A stretch of 57,648 nt of DNA from an uncultured Lishizhenia sp. (lineage in GTDB: Bacteria; Bacteroidota; Bacteroidia; Flavobacteriales_D; Crocinitomicaceae). Below the pieces are notes generated by a model, which was not told the DNA's origin, ran no database searches, and was given only the letters and a program-made list of their open reading frames with translations. The stretch is from the NCBI GenBank assembly GCA_964562965.1, contig CAZLVX010000001.1, positions 1 to 57,648 of the forward strand, in the 5' to 3' direction. The translations under genes and the position numbers were made by a program. Positions 1 to 8,777 of this stretch are shown here, piece after piece. Numbering within the stretch: position 1 is the stretch's first letter; each line of letters opens with the position of its first letter.

Positions 1-672
1 TTTTGTTGTCATGACTTTTGAAACTTTGTCGACACCTTCCGGTTGAATCGCTTGACGAATAATCAGTTTCTCTTCTGATGGAGATGGATAGGTTAAATTT
101 ATTTTTAACATAAACCGATCTATTTGAGCTTCTGGAAGAGGATATGTTCCTTCTTGTTCAATAGGATTTTGAGTCGCCAACACCAAGAATGGATCCGGTA
201 GAGAAAAAGTTTGATCGCCAATCGTAATTTGGCGCTCTTGCATTGCTTCTAACAAAGCACTTTGAACTTTTGCGGGTGCACGATTAATTTCGTCAGCCAA
301 AACAAAAGACGCGAATATGGGTCCTTTTTTTACATCAAATACTTCTGATTTTTGTTTATAAATCATCGTTCCTGTTAAATCTGCAGGAAGCAAATCAGGT
401 GTAAATTGAATTCTGCTAAACGATGCATCTATCGATTCAGATAAGGTTTTAATAGCTAGTGTTTTGGCCAATCCTGGCGTTCCTTCTAACAAAACATGAC
501 CATTGGTGAGGAGGGCAATAATTAAACTATCTACCATTTTATCCTGACCTATAATGACGCGTGAAATTTCAGATTTTAATTTATCTATTCCAATTAATTC
601 CAGTTTAATTTCCTCCGAAAGTTGCCGCAAAGACTCTGCGGGATTTATTGATTGTTCTGACGTTTCCAACAT
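1..672 (-). CDS. MoxR-family AAA+ ATPase (N-terminal ~224 codons; 3' end runs off the left edge)
   Basis: Reverse frame is open from ATG at 670-672 to position 1. My translation reads MLETSEQSIN...RVIIGQDKMVDSLIIALLTNGHVLLEGTPGLAKTLAIKT (Walker A) and ...LADEINRAPAKVQSALLEAM (Walker B region), typical of MoxR/AAA_3. Absent from the ORF track because it is truncated. Confidence 0.85.
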   Translation of the reverse strand, partial: MLETSEQSINPAESLRQLSEEIKLELIGIDKLKSEISRVIIGQDKMVDSLIIALLTNGHVLLEGTPGLAKTLAIKTLSESIDASFSRIQFTPDLLPADLTGTMIYKQKSEVFDVKKGPIFASFVLADEINRAPAKVQSALLEAMQERQITIGDQTFSLPDPFLVLATQNPIEQEGTYPLPEAQIDRFMLKINLTYPSPSEEKLIIRQAIQPEGVDKVSKVMTTK

Positions 673-769
673 ATGTTTAAGGATTGACAACAAATTTCTT
701 AATGTTTGGGCGCTAAAAGGTTGTTTTTGCTGTTAATTCTTGTTAATCTTGTGTTGTACAATACGATAC

Positions 770-1129
770 ATGGAAAGGAATTGCCAAGAATGTGGACATA
801 AATTAAGAGGAAGAAAAGATCAGAAATTTTGTAGTGACTCTTGCAGAAATTCATTCAATAATAAAAAGAATGAGGACGCTAATGCCTCTGTAAGGCGTAT
901 CAATGCTATTTTAAGAAAAAACAGACGAATTCTTGCAGCAATGAACCCGAATGGAAAGATTACTGTCGATGGAATTTCATTAGCCGAAATGGGTTTTAAT
1001 TTTCATTATTTCACCAACATTTATAAGACTCAGAAAGGAGCTCAGTACTATTTCTGTTATGATTACGGTTATATTAAAATGGAAAATGACCAATACATGT
1101 TGGTTCAAAAGCAAGATTACGTAAAATAA
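770..1129 (+). CDS. hypothetical protein with N-terminal Cys4 zinc-ribbon-like motif
   Basis: ORF 740..1129. The internal ATG at 770 gives MERNCQECGHKLRGRKDQKFCSDSCRNSF (CxxC...CxxxC). No family recognised beyond the motif. Confidence 0.6.
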   Translation: MERNCQECGHKLRGRKDQKFCSDSCRNSFNNKKNEDANASVRRINAILRKNRRILAAMNPNGKITVDGISLAEMGFNFHYFTNIYKTQKGAQYYFCYDYGYIKMENDQYMLVQKQDYVK

Positions 1130-1130
1130 A

Positions 1131-1154
1131 AAAGGCTACTTTTCAGCAGCCTTT
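1131..1154. terminator. weak hairpin between the zinc-ribbon ORF and the tRNA 3' end
   Basis: AAAGGCT (1131-1137) pairs with AGCCTTT (1148-1154) across a 10-nt loop, flanked by an A-run and a short T-run. Confidence 0.35.
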
Positions 1155-1159
1155 CCAAG

Positions 1160-1234
<75 letters not shown>

Positions 1235-1247
1235 GTTTTAGTGGGTG

Positions 1248-1255
1248 CAAATATA
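1248..1255 (-). promoter_or_regulatory. Bacteroidota-type -7 box TATATTTG upstream of tRNA-His
   Basis: Minus-strand TATATTTG matches TAnnTTTG and lies ~13 nt upstream of the tRNA 5' end. Confidence 0.45.
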
Positions 1256-1285
1256 CAGTATTTTTAGTAAAATTAATAAGCTAAC

Positions 1286-1318
1286 AAAAAAAAACAGCCG
1301 ATAGTTCGACTGTTTTTC
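1286..1318 (-). terminator. intrinsic terminator downstream of hppD
   Basis: ACAGCCGA (1294-1301) pairs with TCGACTGT (1306-1313) at 7/8 positions, with a 4-nt loop. A-run on one side and T-run on the other, so the minus sense reads hairpin then T9. Confidence 0.6.
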
Positions 1319-1336
1319 TTAATCGGATAAAGGGAA

Positions 1337-2512
1337 TTATAATGTTCCTCTTTTTTCTTGCTCGCGTTCGATAGATTCAAATAATGCTTTAAAATTACCA
1401 GCACCGAAGCCTTTCGCTCCCATTCGTTGAATAATTTCATAAAACAAAGTCGGTCTGTCTTCAACGGGTTTTGTAAATATTTGCAATAAGTAACCTTCTT
1501 CATCGGCATCTACTAAAATCCCCAATGACATTAACTCATTTATATCTTCTTTCATAATACTCATATGTTCCCCAAGACGCGCAGGAACTTCATCGTAATA
1601 AGCCTTTGGTGGCGCTGAAAGAAACTCTACCCCTCGTGAACGCAACTGCCTTACAGTGTCGATAATATTATCCGTGGCTACGGCAATATGCTGTGCGCCT
1701 GGGCCTTCATAAAAATCAAGGTATTCTTCAATTTGAGAGCGCTTCTTTCCTTCGGCAGGTTCGTTGATCGGAAATTTGATTCTTCCATTACCATTGGACA
1801 TTACTTTAGACATAAGAGCCGAGTATTCCGTATGAATTTGTTTGTCGTCAAACGACAAAAAGTTTACAAATCCCATTACATCTTCGTACCATTTTACCCA
1901 AGTATTCATTTCTCCCCACCCTACGTTACCAACCATATGGTCAATGAATTTCAACCCTGTAGCGGAAGGATTATAATCCGATTCCCACTTTTGAAAACCA
2001 GGTAGGAAAATTCCATTATAATTTTTTCTTTCCACGAACATGTGAACTGTTTCACCATAGGTATAAATTCCTGCCCTCACAACTTCCCCATGCTCGTCTT
2101 TTTCCACTGTAGGCTCCATGAATGATTTGGCTCCTCTAGAAGTTGTCTCTTCCCATGATTTTCTTGCATCATCAACCCATAAAGCAATTACTTTTACGCC
2201 ATCACCGTGTTTTTTTACATGTTCTCCAATTGGCGATTGGCTGTTCAAAGCTGTGGTTAATACCAAACGGATTTTATCTTGTTTTAGCACATAAGAAACC
2301 CTATCTCTCAATCCTGTTTCTAATCCGGCATATGCATGGGATTGAAATCCAAAGGCTGTTTTATAGTAATGTGCAGATTGTTTGGCATTCCCAACATAAA
2401 ATTCTACATAATCTGTTCCTAGCAACGGAAGAAAGTCCTCCGCTCCTTCAAATATTTTCTCCAATCCATATTCAACATTAGAGACTACTTTTTTATTTTG
2501 TTCTTGTGACAT
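1337..2512 (-). CDS. hppD: 4-hydroxyphenylpyruvate dioxygenase
   Basis: 391-aa ORF with two vicinal-oxygen-chelate domains and the C-terminal ...GFGAGNFKALFESIEREQ motif typical of HPPD. Adjacent to homogentisate dioxygenase. Confidence 0.9.
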   Translation of the reverse strand: MSQEQNKKVVSNVEYGLEKIFEGAEDFLPLLGTDYVEFYVGNAKQSAHYYKTAFGFQSHAYAGLETGLRDRVSYVLKQDKIRLVLTTALNSQSPIGEHVKKHGDGVKVIALWVDDARKSWEETTSRGAKSFMEPTVEKDEHGEVVRAGIYTYGETVHMFVERKNYNGIFLPGFQKWESDYNPSATGLKFIDHMVGNVGWGEMNTWVKWYEDVMGFVNFLSFDDKQIHTEYSALMSKVMSNGNGRIKFPINEPAEGKKRSQIEEYLDFYEGPGAQHIAVATDNIIDTVRQLRSRGVEFLSAPPKAYYDEVPARLGEHMSIMKEDINELMSLGILVDADEEGYLLQIFTKPVEDRPTLFYEIIQRMGAKGFGAGNFKALFESIEREQEKRGTL

Positions 2513-2531
2513 ATTTAAAATTATTTAATGA

Positions 2532-3689
2532 TCAGTGGATCCACGATTTCATATACGTTGGATCTTCAATTTGAATTGCTTGTTTCGTAAGCTTTAATGG
2601 TTTGAAGGTATCGACCATTACTGCTAATTCTAAGGTTTCCTTTTTCCCAATACTTCGTTCGTAAGCCCCCGGATGTGGTCCGTGAGGTATTCCCGCGGGA
2701 TGCAAGGTAATTTGTCCTTTCTCAATATGGTTTCTGCTCATAAAATCTCCATCAACATAATACAGAACTTCATCGGAATCAATATTACTATGGTTATAAG
2801 GAGCCGGAATTGAGTCTGGATGGTAATCGTAAAGCCTTGGAACGAATGAGCAAATTACAAACGCGCTTGTTTCAAAAGTTTGATGAACTGGGGGTGGTTG
2901 ATGTACGCGACCAGTTATCGGTTCAAAATCGTGAATTGAAAATGCATAGGGATAATTGAACCCGTCCCAACCTACTACATTAAAAGGATGATGCGCGTAT
3001 ACATAATCATACAGCACATCTTGTTTTTTTATTCGAATTAAAAATGAGCCTTCTTCATCTATCGTTTCTAATTTATGAGGTGGACGTATGTCGCGCTCAC
3101 AAAAAGGTGAATGCTCTAATAATTGCCCAAACCAATTTCGGTACCTCTTCGGTGTGTAAATCGGATGGAACGACTGGACAATAAAAAGTTTATTATCTTC
3201 CTCGTTAAAATGCAGCTGATAAATCATACCTCTCGGGACAACTAAGTAATCTCCGTAAGAAAAATCGATTACACCTAATTGTGTTTTGAGTTGACCAGAT
3301 CCTCTATGAATGAAGATTACCTCATCGGCATCTGCATTTTTGTAAAAGTAATCCGTCATTGATTTTTTAGGACTAGCTAATTCAATATAACAGTCACTAT
3401 TAACCAAAACAGGTGTTCTACTTGCGATAAAATCATCTTTTGGTGACACTTCGAATCCTTTCAATGAGCGCATCGTCATGTTCCTATCGAGGGCTATTTC
3501 TGGTGCGATATTCGTTTCTCCAAGAATTTCTTTCACCACCGTTGGTGGCTGGATATGGTATAAAAGTGAGGACATGCCATCAAACCCTATTGTACCGAAA
3601 AGTTGCTCGTGGTATAGATTTCCATTTGGTTGACGGAAAACAGTATGTCGTTTATGAGGGATATTCCCCAACTTGTGATAAAAAGGCAT
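2532..3689 (-). CDS. hmgA: homogentisate 1,2-dioxygenase
   Basis: 385-aa ORF starting MPFYHKLGNIPHKRHTVFRQPNG... with a cupin-like core (bacterial short HGD type). Paired with hppD on the same strand. Confidence 0.85.
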   Translation of the reverse strand: MPFYHKLGNIPHKRHTVFRQPNGNLYHEQLFGTIGFDGMSSLLYHIQPPTVVKEILGETNIAPEIALDRNMTMRSLKGFEVSPKDDFIASRTPVLVNSDCYIELASPKKSMTDYFYKNADADEVIFIHRGSGQLKTQLGVIDFSYGDYLVVPRGMIYQLHFNEEDNKLFIVQSFHPIYTPKRYRNWFGQLLEHSPFCERDIRPPHKLETIDEEGSFLIRIKKQDVLYDYVYAHHPFNVVGWDGFNYPYAFSIHDFEPITGRVHQPPPVHQTFETSAFVICSFVPRLYDYHPDSIPAPYNHSNIDSDEVLYYVDGDFMSRNHIEKGQITLHPAGIPHGPHPGAYERSIGKKETLELAVMVDTFKPLKLTKQAIQIEDPTYMKSWIH

Positions 3690-3899
3690 TTTTTTCTGAT
3701 TTAAATGAACAATTAATTTTTTTCCAAAGGTCTTCTAGAAATCACTCAGGATTCCGTTTCAGCATTTGCTTTATTAATACGTTAAGATTCAACCAGTTCA
3801 TTTGAGGCAAAATTAATGTATTCATTGTACTAATTTAAATGATTTTAATCAGTTTTTTTAATTTTATTCTCGATAAAGAAATGTAAAAGGAAGAAAAAG

Positions 3900-3907
3900 T
3901 ACATTTG
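3900..3907 (+). promoter_or_regulatory. -7 box TACATTTG upstream of tdh
   Basis: Matches TAnnTTTG, 17 nt before the ATG at 3925. Confidence 0.4.
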
Positions 3908-3924
3908 TATCAATCTATTATATT

Positions 3925-4872
3925 ATGTCGAACGTATTAGTTATTGGAGCCGGAGGTCAAATTGGAACAGAATTAGTGCTTGCTCTTCGCAAGAAACACG
4001 GTGAACAAAATGTAGTTGCTGCTGATATCAAAATCGAATGCCCACCCTTATTGACAGGTGGACCTTATGTTCAAATAGATGTTTTAAATAGAGATGCAGT
4101 TCGCAATTATATTATTTACAAAGGTTTTGATGAGGTTTATCTTTTGGCTGCTTTGTTGTCTGCAACTGCAGAAAAGAACCCTGATTTCGCATGGAAACTT
4201 AATATGGAAGGACTATTTACCATATTGGATTTAGCAAAAGAAGGTCACATAAAAAGAATTTTCTGGCCAAGTTCAATAGCCGTATTCGGACCAACGACTC
4301 CTGCAGATCAAACCCCTCAAACAACTGTGATGGAACCAACTACGGTTTATGGAATCTCTAAACTGGCAGGTGAACGTTGGTGCGAATATTATCATGCTAA
4401 ATTCGGCGTGGATGTTCGCAGTATTCGTTATCCGGGCTTGATTTCTTATAAATCACTACCAGGAGGAGGAACAACAGACTATGCAGTGGATATCTTTTAC
4501 AAGGCAAAAGCAGTAAAGTCCTTTACAAGTTTTTTGTCTGAGGACACAGCACTCCCCATGATGTTCATGGACGACGCGATACGAGCCACTATAGAGTTGA
4601 TGAACGCACCAAGTGAGTCAATAAAAATACGTTCAGCTTACAATTTAGGAGGAATTAGTTTTACACCAAAACAATTGGGTGAAGCAATAACGAAGGTAAT
4701 TCCTGATTTTCAAATTTCTTATGCGCCTGACTTTAGGCAAGAAATAGCAGATTCATGGCCGAATTCTATTGATGATTCAGAAGCTAAAAAGGATTGGAAT
4801 TGGAAACATCAATATGATTTAGAAGGATTAGTGAATATCATGTTAGCGAATGTTGACATAAATCTTTTGTAA
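3925..4872 (+). CDS. tdh: NAD-dependent epimerase/dehydratase family protein, likely SDR-type L-threonine 3-dehydrogenase
   Basis: N-terminal VLVIGAGGQIGTEL Rossmann motif and YGISKLAGERWCEYY (YxxxK catalytic motif) at ~315 aa, as in GalE-like threonine dehydrogenases. Confidence 0.7.
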   Translation: MSNVLVIGAGGQIGTELVLALRKKHGEQNVVAADIKIECPPLLTGGPYVQIDVLNRDAVRNYIIYKGFDEVYLLAALLSATAEKNPDFAWKLNMEGLFTILDLAKEGHIKRIFWPSSIAVFGPTTPADQTPQTTVMEPTTVYGISKLAGERWCEYYHAKFGVDVRSIRYPGLISYKSLPGGGTTDYAVDIFYKAKAVKSFTSFLSEDTALPMMFMDDAIRATIELMNAPSESIKIRSAYNLGGISFTPKQLGEAITKVIPDFQISYAPDFRQEIADSWPNSIDDSEAKKDWNWKHQYDLEGLVNIMLANVDINLL

Positions 4873-4934
4873 TTTTTTTTATTTTCTATAAGTCTTACCG
4901 GATAAGGATTTTGTAGTATATCACTCATTTTTTT

Positions 4935-4986
4935 ATTTTTTGTTTAACTTTTTTTTGCAATTGTTATACATTTTTTGTTTAACTTT
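4935..4986. repeat. 17-bp perfect direct repeat ATTTTTTGTTTAACTTT x2
   Basis: Copies at 4935-4951 and 4970-4986, 35 bp start-to-start, in the intergenic region upstream of the ECF sigma gene. Confidence 0.9.
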
Positions 4987-4987
4987 G
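4954..4987 (+). promoter_or_regulatory. candidate promoter of the sigma-crt operon (TTTG ... TAACTTTG)
   Basis: TTTG at 4954-4957, a 22-nt spacer, then TAACTTTG at 4980-4987, 31 nt before the ATG at 5019. The -7 box lies inside direct-repeat copy 2. Copy 1 carries the near-match TAACTTTT. Confidence 0.4.
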
Positions 4988-5018
4988 AAATGTTATTAAT
5001 TAAACAAAATAAAAAGCC

Positions 5019-5531
5019 ATGTCAACTCTAGAATTTAATGATGCGTTAATTGGAATTGAAGGTAACTTGCAATCATTTGCAATGAGCTTTACACGAAACC
5101 GGGAAGATGCACGTGATCTCACTCAAGAGACCATGCTGAAAGCTATCACGTACAGAAATTACTACACTCCGCAGACAAATTTCAAAGCTTGGGTTTTCAC
5201 CATCATGCGCAATATTTTTATTAATCAATACAGACGAAGGGTTAAATCAGGTACAATTTTCGACAATTCGAAAGATTTGTTTTTAATATCTAATTCAACT
5301 TCTCATGAGGAAACTCCATTAGAACTAATCTCAGTGAAAGACATTAAAAGAAAAATTAATGCGTTGAGCGACGAATACAAAGAGCCATTTGAAATGCACT
5401 TTGCAGGTTTCAAGTACAAGGAAATTGCTGATAAATTAAATATTCCAATTGGTACCGTAAAAAGCCGTATATTTATAGCGAGAAAAAGGCTGATGGATCA
5501 ACTTCCTGACTATTCATTCTCAGCCAATTAA
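5019..5531 (+). CDS. ECF-type RNA polymerase sigma-70 family factor
   Basis: 170 aa. Region 2 reads DLTQETMLKAITYRNYYTPQTNFKAWVFTIMRNIFINQYRR and region 4 HTH reads YKEIADKLNIPIGTVKSRIFIARKRL. Confidence 0.9.
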   Translation: MSTLEFNDALIGIEGNLQSFAMSFTRNREDARDLTQETMLKAITYRNYYTPQTNFKAWVFTIMRNIFINQYRRRVKSGTIFDNSKDLFLISNSTSHEETPLELISVKDIKRKINALSDEYKEPFEMHFAGFKYKEIADKLNIPIGTVKSRIFIARKRLMDQLPDYSFSAN

Positions 5532-5534
5532 TCC

Positions 5535-7007
5535 ATGAAAAAAAAGGTAACTGTCTTGGGAGCAGGAATTTCCAGCCTCTCTGCCGCTTCATTTCTTGCG
5601 AAAAATAATTTTGACGTTACCATACTCGAAAAAAACGCAACGATTGGAGGGCGCGCTCGTCAATTTAAAGAACAAGGTTTTGTTTTTGATATGGGTCCAA
5701 GTTGGTATTGGATGCCGGACGTTTTCGAAAGATTTTACAACGAATTTGGATATACTACTTCCGATTTCTACGAATTAAAACGTTTAGATCCTTCCTACCG
5801 TGTCTATTGGCCGGATAAGTCGTATACAGATGTCCCTGCTTCCATGGAAGAATTGGAACAATGGTTTGAGTCACTGGAACCAGGAAGCGCTAAGAGTCTG
5901 AGAAATTTCTTAGCAGACGCAAAATACAAATATGACGTAGGAATCAATGATCTAGTTCATAAACCGAGTTTAAGTATATTAGAATTCGCAGACAGACGCG
6001 TCCTTTCAGGATTATTCTCAATGCACCTTTTATCTTCCTTCTCATCTTACATTCGAAAATATTTTAAACACCCAAAAATTCTTTCCTTACTAGAATTTCC
6101 AGTGTTGTTTTTAGGCGCAATGCCTAATGAAACTCCGGCCTTATACTCACTGATGAATTATGCTGATATTTCACTTGGAACTTGGTATCCTATGGGTGGG
6201 ATGTTTAAGTTTATTGAAGCTTTCGAAAAAATCGCAAAAGAACAAGGCGTTTCCATTCTAACAGAAAGCGAAGTAAATGGCTTCAATTACCAAGGAAATA
6301 AGGCAATTAGCGCGAAAGTTAACGGAGTAGATTTTCCCTCTGACCTCTTCATTTCAGGAGCAGATTATCAACACACAGACCGACAATTACTCAATGGAAA
6401 TGCAAATTATTCTGAAGGATATTGGGATAAAAGAACAATGGCTCCGTCGAGCTTACTTTTCTATGTAGGTGTAAATAAAAAAATGCAAAATCTCCAACAC
6501 CACAATTTATTCTTTGATGAATCGCTTGAGGAACATGGAAAAGAGATTTATAAAAACCCGAAGTGGCCGACAAATCCGTTGTTTTACCTGAGTGTCCCTT
6601 CTGTAACTGACCCTAGTGTTGCGCCAGAAGGAATGGATAATATGTTTTTCTTGATTCCAATAGCACCCGATTTAAAAGACGATGAAGATACTAGGAATAA
6701 ATATTTTGATATTCTGGTTAAAAGACTTTACGAATTAACTGGAAACGATATTTCAAACAATATTGTTTACAAAAGGAGCTTTTGTATAAGTGATTTCAAG
6801 AAAGATTATCACGCTTTCAAAGGAAATGCATACGGCTTAGCAAATACACTTCGCCAAACAGCAATTTTAAAACCAAGATTAAAAAACAAACATCTGAAGA
6901 ACTTTTTTTATACCGGACAATTAACTGTTCCTGGGCCTGGGGTTCCTCCTTCCATAATATCTGGTGAAGTTGTTGCAAAATACATAATTAAAAACACCAA
7001 AAACTAA
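5535..7007 (+). CDS. crtI: phytoene desaturase
   Basis: 490 aa. N-terminal FAD fold KKVTVLGAGISSLSAASFLAKNNFDVTILEKN..GGR and C-terminal ...FFYTGQLTVPGPGVPPSIISG motif typical of CrtI. Confidence 0.9.
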   Translation: MKKKVTVLGAGISSLSAASFLAKNNFDVTILEKNATIGGRARQFKEQGFVFDMGPSWYWMPDVFERFYNEFGYTTSDFYELKRLDPSYRVYWPDKSYTDVPASMEELEQWFESLEPGSAKSLRNFLADAKYKYDVGINDLVHKPSLSILEFADRRVLSGLFSMHLLSSFSSYIRKYFKHPKILSLLEFPVLFLGAMPNETPALYSLMNYADISLGTWYPMGGMFKFIEAFEKIAKEQGVSILTESEVNGFNYQGNKAISAKVNGVDFPSDLFISGADYQHTDRQLLNGNANYSEGYWDKRTMAPSSLLFYVGVNKKMQNLQHHNLFFDESLEEHGKEIYKNPKWPTNPLFYLSVPSVTDPSVAPEGMDNMFFLIPIAPDLKDDEDTRNKYFDILVKRLYELTGNDISNNIVYKRSFCISDFKKDYHAFKGNAYGLANTLRQTAILKPRLKNKHLKNFFYTGQLTVPGPGVPPSIISGEVVAKYIIKNTKN

Positions 7008-7010
7008 AAC

Positions 7011-7847
7011 ATGAAACAGTTATTCGATGATGTCAGTCAAGAAATGAGTAAGCTAACGACAAAGCGTTACAGCACCTCATTTTCACTTGGAATTCGATTT
7101 CTACATCCCGATTTACACAAGCCAATCTACTCTATATATGGTTTTGTGCGTTTCGCAGATGAAATAGTAGATACGTTTCATGATGTCGATAAAGCCGCTC
7201 TTCTAAAAACTTTTAAAGAAGATACGTACAAAGCAATAAATGAGGGAATATCATTAAACCCAATTTTAAATTCTTTTCAATGGGTGGTTAATACTTATCA
7301 AATTCCACATGAATTGATTGACACCTTCTTAAATTCAATGGAAATGGATTTAAATAAAAGCGCTTATGACCAATCCAAATATGAAGAATACATTTTAGGT
7401 TCAGCGGAGGTTGTCGGATTAATGTGCCTCAAAGTTTTCGTTGAAGGAGACCAAGAAAATTACGAAGAACTGAAGCCATATGCAATGAAACTTGGTGCTG
7501 CATTTCAAAAGATTAATTTCCTTCGGGACCTTAAAGCTGATTACCAAGAACTTGGAAGAACATATTTCCCAGGCATTGACTTACAAGAATTTAATGCTAC
7601 GGTAAAAAAAGAAATTGAAGCGGACATCGAATTAGATTTTCACCAAGGGTATTTAGGAATACTTAAATTACCCAAGAAAGCACGATTTGGCGTCTATATG
7701 GCTTATAAATACTACTTCAAACTTTTCAAAAAAATAAAACGAACTCCTGCGAATACCATTTTAAATGAAAGAGTACGAATTCCCAATTACCGAAAAGTGA
7801 GAATTTTGTTAACTTCATACTTGAGACACAACCTAAATTTGTTGTAA
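7011..7847 (+). CDS. crtB: phytoene synthase
   Basis: 278 aa of the squalene/phytoene synthase family, with YSTSFSLGIRFL, YGFVRFADEIVD (Asp-rich motif 1) and GAAFQKINFLRDLKAD (motif 2). Confidence 0.9.
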   Translation: MKQLFDDVSQEMSKLTTKRYSTSFSLGIRFLHPDLHKPIYSIYGFVRFADEIVDTFHDVDKAALLKTFKEDTYKAINEGISLNPILNSFQWVVNTYQIPHELIDTFLNSMEMDLNKSAYDQSKYEEYILGSAEVVGLMCLKVFVEGDQENYEELKPYAMKLGAAFQKINFLRDLKADYQELGRTYFPGIDLQEFNATVKKEIEADIELDFHQGYLGILKLPKKARFGVYMAYKYYFKLFKKIKRTPANTILNERVRIPNYRKVRILLTSYLRHNLNLL

Positions 7848-8386
7848 TGCATCAAAACCTCGTGGTATTAGTTAACGAATTGGACCAAGACCTCGGTGTA
7901 ATGGAAAAATTAGAAGCGCATCAGAAAGGACTTTTGCACAGAGCTTTTTCTGTTCTTATTTTTAATTCAAACAACGAGTTACTCTTACAAAGACGAGCAT
8001 TTGGAAAATACCATTCTGAAGGCTTATGGACGAATACCTGTTGTAGTCATCCTTACCCAGGCGAAACAATATTAGCAGCAGGTAAAAGACGATTAAAAGA
8101 GGAAATGGGCATGACAGTAGACCTCGAAGAAGTCTTCCAATTTGTGTATAAAGCACCACTGGATAACGACCTAACTGAGTTTGAGCTTGACCATGTACTT
8201 GTGGGTTATTCAGATGACACGCCGCATTTAAATTTAGAAGAAGTAAGTGCCTTCGCTTGGAAAAACCTAGAGGAAATTCGAACTGAAATTGCAGAGAATT
8301 CCACTCAATATACAGCTTGGTTTAAAATATTAATGACCGATCATTTCGATCAACTTAAAAGAATAGAAACTTATGAAAGTTTGTAG
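7847..8386 (+). CDS. idi: isopentenyl-diphosphate delta-isomerase, type 1 (Nudix)
   Basis: 179 aa with LLHRAFSVLIFN...LLLQRRA..K..SEGLWTNTCCSHP, the type-1 IDI signature. Its ATG overlaps the crtB stop (TAATG). Confidence 0.9.
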   Translation: MHQNLVVLVNELDQDLGVMEKLEAHQKGLLHRAFSVLIFNSNNELLLQRRAFGKYHSEGLWTNTCCSHPYPGETILAAGKRRLKEEMGMTVDLEEVFQFVYKAPLDNDLTEFELDHVLVGYSDDTPHLNLEEVSAFAWKNLEEIRTEIAENSTQYTAWFKILMTDHFDQLKRIETYESL

Positions 8387-8777
8387 GAGAGCAACATTCA
8401 ACAGTGCGCATCGCCTCTATCGAAAAGATTGGACGGATGATAAAAACAAAGCCGTTTTTGGCAAATGTAGCAATGAAAATTTCCATGGTCACAATTACAC
8501 ATTGGAAGTTTGGATCTCCGGTAATGTAAATCAGGAAACAGGATACTTAATTGACTTAAAAATTGTCAAAGATTTAATTAAAGAAGAAATTAGCGATCGA
8601 TTTGATCATAAAAACTTGAACCTCGATTGTGCGGAATTTAAAGATTTAAATCCCACTGCTGAAAATATCGCCATTGTATGCTGGAATTTACTTCGTTCGA
8701 AATTAGCATCGGAATATGGTCTAGTTGTAAAACTTTGGGAAACGGAAAATAACAGTGTAGAGTACGACGGTAATTAA
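8373..8777 (+). CDS. 6-pyruvoyl-tetrahydropterin synthase / QueD family protein
   Basis: 134 aa with RATFNSAHRL and KCSNENFHGHNY (Cys-x5-His-Gly-His zinc/catalytic signature). Its start overlaps the idi 3' end by 14 nt. Confidence 0.8.
   Translation: MKVCRRATFNSAHRLYRKDWTDDKNKAVFGKCSNENFHGHNYTLEVWISGNVNQETGYLIDLKIVKDLIKEEISDRFDHKNLNLDCAEFKDLNPTAENIAIVCWNLLRSKLASEYGLVVKLWETENNSVEYDGN

Noticed and set aside
554-736. 60-aa plus-strand ORF at the left edge.
   Set aside because: It is antisense to the MoxR ATPase N-terminus and its upstream region, with no features.
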